A stretch of DNA of 64,000 nt from Cyanophyceae cyanobacterium (GTDB lineage: Bacteria > Cyanobacteriota > Cyanobacteriia > Cyanobacteriales > JBHJGN01). Under the pieces are notes generated by a model, which was given only the letters and a program-made list of their open reading frames with translations, had not been told where the DNA came from and made no database searches. Numbering within the stretch: position 1 is the first letter of the stretch; the number at the start of each line of letters is the position of its first letter. The DNA is taken from contig JBHJGN010000019.1 in assembly GCA_050331735.1 (NCBI GenBank), positions 64,001 through 128,000 on the forward strand. Direction: 5' to 3'. Shown here one piece after another: positions 58,047 to 64,000 of the stretch. Both the position numbers and the translations under genes were made by a program.

Positions 58047-59297
58047 GTGAGTGCGGAAATTATTTGTGTGGGAACGGAACTGCTGCTGGGCGATATTCTT
58101 AACACTAACGTGCAGTTTTTGGCGCAGCAGTTGGCGAGCTTGGGGATTCCCCACTACCATCAAAACGTTGTTGGCGATAACGTTGAGCGACTCCGGCAGG
58201 TGATAGAAATTGCCAGCGGACGGTCTGCGGTCTTGATTTTTACTGGAGGGCTAGGACCGACTCCTGACGACCTCACTACTGAAGTGATTGCCGACTTTTT
58301 TCAGGCTCCTCTTGTGGAAAGAGCGGATATTTTAGAAAACATTGCTCATAAGTTTGTGCTGCGGGGGCTACCGATGCCTGCTAGTAATCGGAAGCAGGCC
58401 CTGCTTCCCCAAGGAGCCGCTGTGTTACCCAATCCGACCGGAACAGCGCCAGGAATGATCTGGCAGCCCCGCGACGGCTTGACGATTCTCACTTTTCCGG
58501 GCGTACCTTCGGAAATGCGGCGCATGTGGCAAGAAACCGCCGTTCCTACGCTTAAAAGTCAAGGCTGGGGGGAAAAAGTCATTTATAGCCGCACACTCAA
58601 GTTTCGCGGCATCGGCGAATCGACATTGGCGGAAAAAGTCGCTCCTTTTTTCGAGTTAACTAATCCAACGGTCGCACCTTACGCCTCACAAGGAGAAGTC
58701 AAGCTGAGAGTATCAGTCCTTGCTGCTAACGAAGCCGAGGCGATCACGCTCATTGAACCCGTTGCCCAACAGCTCCGTAAGCTCGGTGGAGACGACTACT
58801 TTGGAGCCGACGACGATACGCTGGCTTCGGTAGTGGGACAACTTTTGCGGCAGTCTCATCAAACCTTAAGCGTTGCCGAATCTTGTACAGGAGGAGGTAT
58901 CGGCGAAATGCTGACGAGAACTCCCGGCAGTTCCGACTATTTCTTAGGCGGGATTATTGCTTACGACAATCGCATTAAACAGAAGCTGTTAGGAGTGAGT
59001 GCTGATGCCCTGACTCGCTTTGGAGCCGTCAGTCCGGCGGTGGCTGAACAGATGGCATTGGGAGTGAAGCAGCAACTGCAAACCGATTGGGGACTGAGCA
59101 TTACTGGGATTGCTGGTCCCGGAGGCGGAACGCCGAGTAAGCCAGTTGGACTGGTTTATATTGGCTTGGCCGCTCCTAACGGTAGTGTAGAGAGCGTTGA
59201 GCATCGCTTAGGGGAACGGCAGCGAGCAACTATTCGCACCTTCAGCGCCTACAATGCCCTAGAGCTGCTGCGTCGTAAATTGTTAAAAAAAGCTTAA
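58047..59297 (+). CDS. cinA: Competence/damage-inducible protein A (MocF-like + NMN deamidase)
   Basis: VGTELLLG, TGGLGPTPDDLT, FPGVP.EM, AESCTGG, GAVS, ITGIAGPGGG. Confidence 0.95.
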   Translation: MSAEIICVGTELLLGDILNTNVQFLAQQLASLGIPHYHQNVVGDNVERLRQVIEIASGRSAVLIFTGGLGPTPDDLTTEVIADFFQAPLVERADILENIAHKFVLRGLPMPASNRKQALLPQGAAVLPNPTGTAPGMIWQPRDGLTILTFPGVPSEMRRMWQETAVPTLKSQGWGEKVIYSRTLKFRGIGESTLAEKVAPFFELTNPTVAPYASQGEVKLRVSVLAANEAEAITLIEPVAQQLRKLGGDDYFGADDDTLASVVGQLLRQSHQTLSVAESCTGGGIGEMLTRTPGSSDYFLGGIIAYDNRIKQKLLGVSADALTRFGAVSPAVAEQMALGVKQQLQTDWGLSITGIAGPGGGTPSKPVGLVYIGLAAPNGSVESVEHRLGERQRATIRTFSAYNALELLRRKLLKKA

Positions 59298-59664
59298 CTC
59301 TTGAGGCGCGGGATTCAAGAAATCTGTTCACTCCTTCGATCTTCCGGCAGTCTTTTTTCGACTAAGATTCTAGATGAGGAGGAGCAGAAAAAAAGACCGC
59401 CAGCAGCCTGGAAGGACTTGCTGACAAGGATTTTGAAGTTCTACTTTGCCCCTTCCCCTGGGGCTTTTCCCTTCTAACTAAAGGACGATGCTCGGATACG
59501 GGATGTTTGTGCTAAGCTTAATATAAATACATAATCTTCCTAATCTGGTCGATTATCATAAAGAACAAAAAAGCACTCAAGAAAAGCATTTTTTTCACTG
59601 AGGTCTTTTTTAGATTCGCTAAAAAAATACTAGAAAGTACCCTATAGTAGGAGCCGCCTGTTCC

Positions 59665-59802
59665 ATGGATTTAGGAAAAATCGTTGAAAAGCTAAAAGAG
59701 TGGGCCCAGAAACTGATTGAGATTTTGCTAGGACCAGAGGCGGAACCGGAGCAAGAACTCATTCCCATTCCGGTTGACAAGCCCCAGCGCCGTCGCCGTT
59801 AG
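59665..59802 (+). CDS. 45-aa small protein (below ORF-track cutoff)
   Basis: AGGAG upstream; MDLGKIVEKLKEWAQKLIEILLGPEAEPEQELIPIPVDKPQRRRR*; stop 2 nt before the aroQ start. Confidence 0.7.
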   Translation: MDLGKIVEKLKEWAQKLIEILLGPEAEPEQELIPIPVDKPQRRRR

Positions 59803-59804
59803 TC

Positions 59805-60269
59805 GTGCCCTCTCAGCGGGAGAAGCTCAGGATTCTGGTGCTTCACGGTCCTAATTTAAACCTGTTAGGACGCAGAGAGCCGCAAATTTACGGAACTCTA
59901 ACGCTAGACAACCTTAACCGCCTTCTCAAAGAGGAGGCGGAAATTCTACGAGTGCAAGTTTCCTGCTTGCAGTCTAACCACGAAGGCGCGTTAGTGGATG
60001 CTATTCATGAATCCCTTGAGCAACACCACGGAATTTTGATCAACGCTGGAGCCTACACTCACACCAGCATTACCCTACGAGATGCCTTGTCGGCTGTCAA
60101 AATTCCTATCGTTGAGGTGCATTTGAGCAACATTTACCAGCGGGAAGCGTTTCGCCATCATTCCTATATTGCTCCGGTAGCGCTCGGTCAAATTAGCGGT
60201 TTTGGTGCTCGAAGCTACATACTCGGATTGCAGGCTTTGGTTCATTATTTGAGAGAAAAAAGTTCTTAG
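59805..60269 (+). CDS. aroQ: Type II 3-dehydroquinate dehydratase
   Basis: LHGPNLNLLGRREP.IYG, QSNHEG, INAGAYTHTS, EVHLSNI..RE.FRH.S. Confidence 0.96.
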   Translation: MPSQREKLRILVLHGPNLNLLGRREPQIYGTLTLDNLNRLLKEEAEILRVQVSCLQSNHEGALVDAIHESLEQHHGILINAGAYTHTSITLRDALSAVKIPIVEVHLSNIYQREAFRHHSYIAPVALGQISGFGARSYILGLQALVHYLREKSS

Positions 60270-60286
60270 CCGTTAGCCATTAGCTA

Positions 60287-60590
60287 TTAGTTAGTCAATT
60301 TGTAAAAAGCATCAACCCGGCTAAAAGGTTTCTTGAAGATAATAGCTGTGGGCAGATAGGTAAAGCCAATATCGGCAAGATTGCTGCGTAAAACATCCTC
60401 TACTTCCTCATAATACTCACACTCAGAAATCGTCACGTCAATTTGGGGAAACGCCTGCCGGAACCGAGCGATAATTCGGGGAAGAATATGAGTATCAACG
60501 CTTCTAAAGCTTGCTACTCTAACCTGTCTTCCCTGTAATCCTCTGGCTGACTGTGCTTTTTTAGCAATGTCTTCAATCAAGCTCAGACAA
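60287..60590 (-). pseudogene. Fragment of a LysR-family regulator (substrate-binding domain)
   Basis: GLQGRQVRVASFRSV.THILP.IIARF...FPQI.V...ADIGF; no HTH and C-terminally truncated. Confidence 0.75.
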
Positions 60591-60599
60591 GAAGTGCCC

Positions 60600-60958
60600 T
60601 ATTCTTAGGAACGAGCGTAATTTCTCTTGCCGCCGCTGCCTTTGGCTGTACTCAGACCATTGCTATTGTGCTGACGCAGCAGCTTATTCAAGACAAGTAC
60701 AAACAAGAACTGGATAGCCACCAATTAGCGGTTGATCTGGAAAATACGGCGGTGGCTTGGTCTCCGTTAATTCCCTGGAACATTGCCGAGTTAGTGCCTG
60801 CGACTGTGCTGATGACCGATGCCAGCTATATTTCCTACGCGTTCTATGTATCTTTTCTGCCGCTGTTTAACTGGATTCAGTGCTGTCGAAGTCGGTCTCA
60901 TCCAAGGCTAAAGGCTCTCCTTGAGAGAGCGCAATTAGACATTGTTTACCTTTGTTAA
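60600..60958 (+). pseudogene. 3' remnant of an NhaC-family Na+/H+ antiporter
   Basis: AAAAFGCTQTIAIVLT...LAVDLENTAVAWSPLIPWNIA..VPATVL....YAFY; 5' part missing. Confidence 0.7.
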
Positions 60959-61062
60959 AAGAATTTAACTCTTTTTGGGGGTTTGCTTTAAAAGAAATTG
61001 CAAAGTTTGCCTCAACCTCCCCTCAACAGGTTAATCTCGCAAGCATCGAGAGAGGATGAATT

Positions 61063-63093
61063 ATGAGTCGAATCGAACAATTTCGCAATGTCGCTCTGGT
61101 TGGACCTTATGCGAGCGGCAAAACGACGTTACTAGAGAGCATCTTGTTTGTCACGCAGGCAACGACACGTAAAGGAAGAGTCAAAGACGGCAATACGGTG
61201 GGCGATAGTTCTCCAGAAGCCAGAGCCCGTCAGATGAGCGTAGAAGTTTCGGTTGCCAGCACAGAGTATCAAGGCATTCACTTTACCTTTCTTGACTGTC
61301 CTGGCTCGATTGAGTTTACCCAAGAAACTGCTCACGCGCTCGTCGGGGTCGGAGCCGCCATCGTCGTCTGCGAACCTCTTGTGGAGAAGGTGCTAACGCT
61401 GGCTCCTCTGTTTAAGTTCCTCGATGACTGGCAAATCCCACATCTAGTTTTTATTAACAAAATGGAGCGGGGACAAAGCCACTACACGGAAATACTCCAC
61501 GCCCTCAAATCGGTATCGAGCCGTCCCTTAGTTCCCCATCAGTATCCGATTCGCCAGGGACAGAACCTTGTTGGCTACATCGATCTGATCGGCGAACAGG
61601 CTTATCATTACCACCCCGGAAGTCTTGCCGATCCGGTTCCGTTACCAGAAGACCTGCAAGAACAGGAAAAGGCAGCTCGCAACGAAATGCTGGAAACCCT
61701 CGCCGACTTTGACGACCATCTTCTCGAAGAACTCATTGAAGAGATTGAACCGACCCAAGAAGAAATTCTCCAGGATGTGAAAAAAGACCTCAGTGCCGAT
61801 CTAATTGTTCCGGTATTTTTTGGGGTGGCTGAGCAAGACGCTGGCGTGCGTCCTCTGCTAGATGCTTTAGTCAAGGAAACTCCGCCCCCAACAACGACAG
61901 CCCAGCGACGAGGACTCACGGTAGCAGCGAACGGAGACACAATCCTACAGGTGCTGAAAACCTACTACACCCTTCAAGGCGGACGACTCTCCTTAGCAAG
62001 AGTGTGGCAAGGGCATCTAAAAGATGGCATGCTCCTCGACGGTGTTCGAGCGAGCGGCATTTATCGCCTGATGGGAGGACAGCAGGAGGCTGTTGCAGAA
62101 GCATCTGTCGGAGCAATTGTCGCGGTTGGTCGTTTAGAAGGCGTTCAAACCGGGGACACGTTAACCAATTCAGATCAAAAGCAGGATTTACCCAAAGCCG
62201 AGCCACTTCAGCCGGTTTATGCGCTGGCGATCGCCCCCGAAAACCGCCAGGATGAAGTTAAGCTCAGCAGTGCTATGAGCAAACTTATTGAAGAAGATCC
62301 CTCTCTGTACTGGGAGCAGCACGGCGATACTCACGAAGTCATTTTGTGGGGACAGGGAGAAATTCACCTCCAGGTGACGCTGGAGCGGTTGCGCTGCAAG
62401 TATAACTTACCGATGACGACTCACCGTCCGCAGGTTCCTTACCGGGAGACGATCCGCCACTTTACGGAGTGTCACGGACGCTACAAACATCAATCGGGGG
62501 GTCACGGAGCCTTTGGCGATGTTCATCTCGACATTAAACCGATGGCGCGCGGAGAGGGTTTTCGCTTCTACGAAACGATTGTTGGCGGCGTGGTGCCCAA
62601 ACAGTACATTCCGGGAGTAGAAATGGGAGTGCGAGAGTATCTCGAACGCGGTCCTTTAGGGTTTCCGGTTGTCGATGTCGAGGTCACCCTAACCAATGGC
62701 TCGCACCACTCCGTTGACAGCTCCGAGCAAGCCTTCAAACAAGCTGCCCGCATTGCCATGACGGAAGGAATGCCCCAGTGTCAGCCTGTCTTGCTCGAAC
62801 CCATCCTCTCGATTCAAGTATCGGCTCCGGCGGAGTTTACGTCTAAAGTGCTTCAGCTTGTCAGCGGACGACGAGGACAAATTTTAGGGTACGAAGCCCT
62901 CCCTGACTGGCAAGGCTGGGATCAAATATTGGCCTATTTACCGCAAGCGGAAATGCACAGCTTTATCATTGAGCTGCGGTCTTTAACAATGGGAGTTGGT
63001 TTCTTTAAGTGGCAATATGACCATCTCCAGGAAGTTCCTGAAAAGCTGACAGCAAGAATATTAGCAGCTAACAGCAATGGCAACGGAGCGTGA
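61063..63093 (+). CDS. Elongation factor G paralogue (EF-G2-like)
   Basis: GPYASGKTT, DCPGSIEF, NKME, EEDPSL, GEIHL, KHQSGGHG.FG, VDSSEQAF; not in a ribosomal protein operon. Confidence 0.9.
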   Translation: MSRIEQFRNVALVGPYASGKTTLLESILFVTQATTRKGRVKDGNTVGDSSPEARARQMSVEVSVASTEYQGIHFTFLDCPGSIEFTQETAHALVGVGAAIVVCEPLVEKVLTLAPLFKFLDDWQIPHLVFINKMERGQSHYTEILHALKSVSSRPLVPHQYPIRQGQNLVGYIDLIGEQAYHYHPGSLADPVPLPEDLQEQEKAARNEMLETLADFDDHLLEELIEEIEPTQEEILQDVKKDLSADLIVPVFFGVAEQDAGVRPLLDALVKETPPPTTTAQRRGLTVAANGDTILQVLKTYYTLQGGRLSLARVWQGHLKDGMLLDGVRASGIYRLMGGQQEAVAEASVGAIVAVGRLEGVQTGDTLTNSDQKQDLPKAEPLQPVYALAIAPENRQDEVKLSSAMSKLIEEDPSLYWEQHGDTHEVILWGQGEIHLQVTLERLRCKYNLPMTTHRPQVPYRETIRHFTECHGRYKHQSGGHGAFGDVHLDIKPMARGEGFRFYETIVGGVVPKQYIPGVEMGVREYLERGPLGFPVVDVEVTLTNGSHHSVDSSEQAFKQAARIAMTEGMPQCQPVLLEPILSIQVSAPAEFTSKVLQLVSGRRGQILGYEALPDWQGWDQILAYLPQAEMHSFIIELRSLTMGVGFFKWQYDHLQEVPEKLTARILAANSNGNGA

Positions 63094-63194
63094 AGACCGA
63101 CTTGAGCAATCGGTTCCTGAGAACCTTAAAGATAAAACTGAGAGCGCAAGGTCGAATCTTCTGTGAGAGGGGGTGGAGCGATAATCCCTCTCTC

Positions 63195-63290
63195 TTGTTG
63201 CCTTGGTACAAAATTTCTTTGGCGGCTATTTCAAGCTCAGTCACCTTTCCTCGAGCATTTCTGCTGATTCGAGCATGAGAAAAACGAGGC
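63195..63290 (-). pseudogene. Short internal ClpP-like fragment
   Basis: HARI..NARGKVTELEIAAKEILY, with DNA similarity to 63957-63990 (acaaaatttctt..cggctatttcaag). Confidence 0.6.
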
Positions 63291-63362
63291 ACAAGCTGAC
63301 GAGTGTTTGGAGCGCTTGGTGTCAGGAGGATAGAATTGTAGCAAGAAGATTGGGAGCCTTGT

Positions 63363-63710
63363 ATGGCAAAGAATCAGTCTCGGGAACAAGAGTGGCAAAG
63401 GGCTGAAGAAACCCGGAGAAGGGCTGAGAGCGAACGAGAAACTCAGGCACGACAGAGACAGTCTGCTGAAGAGGAACGGCAGGTTAGGGAAGAGCAACGG
63501 CAAACTCACGAGAACTGGCGGCAGGAAAGCGAAACAGCAAGGCAAGAAGCCGAAGCCGCGCGAGCAGAAGCTGAAATTGCACGTCAAGAAGCCGAAACTG
63601 CACGCCAAGAAGCAATAGCAGTACGGCGAATTCAAGAGGAGCAAGAGCAAATTATTGAAGAAATGCAGCAAACTCTCAAAGCCTATGAGACCCAGAAACA
63701 AAAAGATTAG
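63363..63710 (+). CDS. Charged coiled-coil protein with ARQEAE heptad repeats (possibly a 3' remnant)
   Basis: E/R/Q/A-rich; ARQEAEA/ARAEAEI/ARQEAET/ARQEAIA repeats. Confidence 0.5.
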   Translation: MAKNQSREQEWQRAEETRRRAESERETQARQRQSAEEERQVREEQRQTHENWRQESETARQEAEAARAEAEIARQEAETARQEAIAVRRIQEEQEQIIEEMQQTLKAYETQKQKD

Positions 63711-63795
63711 AATCAGCGACGCGGCATTCTTGTTGCACTAGAACGATGTTCGCGTTGCCAACACCGTATCTTCGCTCTCGTAGTTTAATAATAAA

Positions 63796-64000
63796 TTAAC
63801 CTGATGCAGGAGGTTTAGTAATAATCTGGTCAATTAAACTGTAGGCTTTTGCTTCTTTGGCATTGAGAAAAAACTCTCTTTGCGTGTCGTGTTCGATTAA
63901 CTCGACAGAACGACCCGTATTGGCAGCGAATATTCGATTAACTGTTTCTCTTTGAGACAAAATTTCTTGGACGGCTATTTCAAGATCGGTTGCTCTTCCT
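63796..64000 (-). CDS. clpP: ATP-dependent Clp protease proteolytic subunit-like, 3' end only (runs off window)
   Basis: Not in ORF track. GRATDLEIAVQEILSQRETVNRIFAANTGRSVELIEHDTQREFFLNAKEAKAYSLIDQII*. Confidence 0.82.
   Translation of the reverse strand, partial: GRATDLEIAVQEILSQRETVNRIFAANTGRSVELIEHDTQREFFLNAKEAKAYSLIDQIITKPPASG

Larger units (their letters stand above)
505..62240. repeat. HIP1 (GCGATCGC) highly iterated palindrome, dispersed
   Basis: Roughly 40 copies seen by eye (e.g. 505-512, 36314, 36332) against about one expected by chance in 64 kb. Confidence 0.95.

Overview
Cyanobacterial chromosomal DNA, judged from the very frequent HIP1 octamer GCGATCGC, heptameric STRR-type repeats and genes for a cyanobacteriochrome, Tic20 and DUF29 proteins. 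The left half (about 0.3-31 kb) is a dense cluster of general-stress/desiccation-type genes: PfpI, glucose dehydrogenase-like SDR, two CsbD, DUF6335-like, three DUF2382/PRC-barrel, GlsB/YeaQ/YmgE, MscS, DUF2254 and a YhfW-like FAD-Rieske enzyme. These are interleaved with signalling genes (RsbRD_N-type kinase, orphan DXCF cyanobacteriochrome-MCP, Rcp1-like receiver, hybrid kinase), and many of their promoters carry a candidate palindrome, YCTATC-N4-GAKAGA. The right half is mostly housekeeping (lnt, glgP, ferredoxin, livF/natE, rbsK, rpsF, glyA, wecA-like, cinA, aroQ, an EF-G paralogue, clpP) plus a serine-recombinase-like gene with a degenerate active site and several patches of gene debris. 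The clearest non-coding signal is a dispersed family of 13-nt hairpins (5-bp stem, 3-nt loop) with compensatory stem changes, embedded in GGGGAAA tracts just after stop codons. Three or four head-to-head deletion scars fuse 3' remnants of divergent genes. No rRNA, tRNA or CRISPR array was recognised. All family calls come from motif recognition by eye, not database searches.
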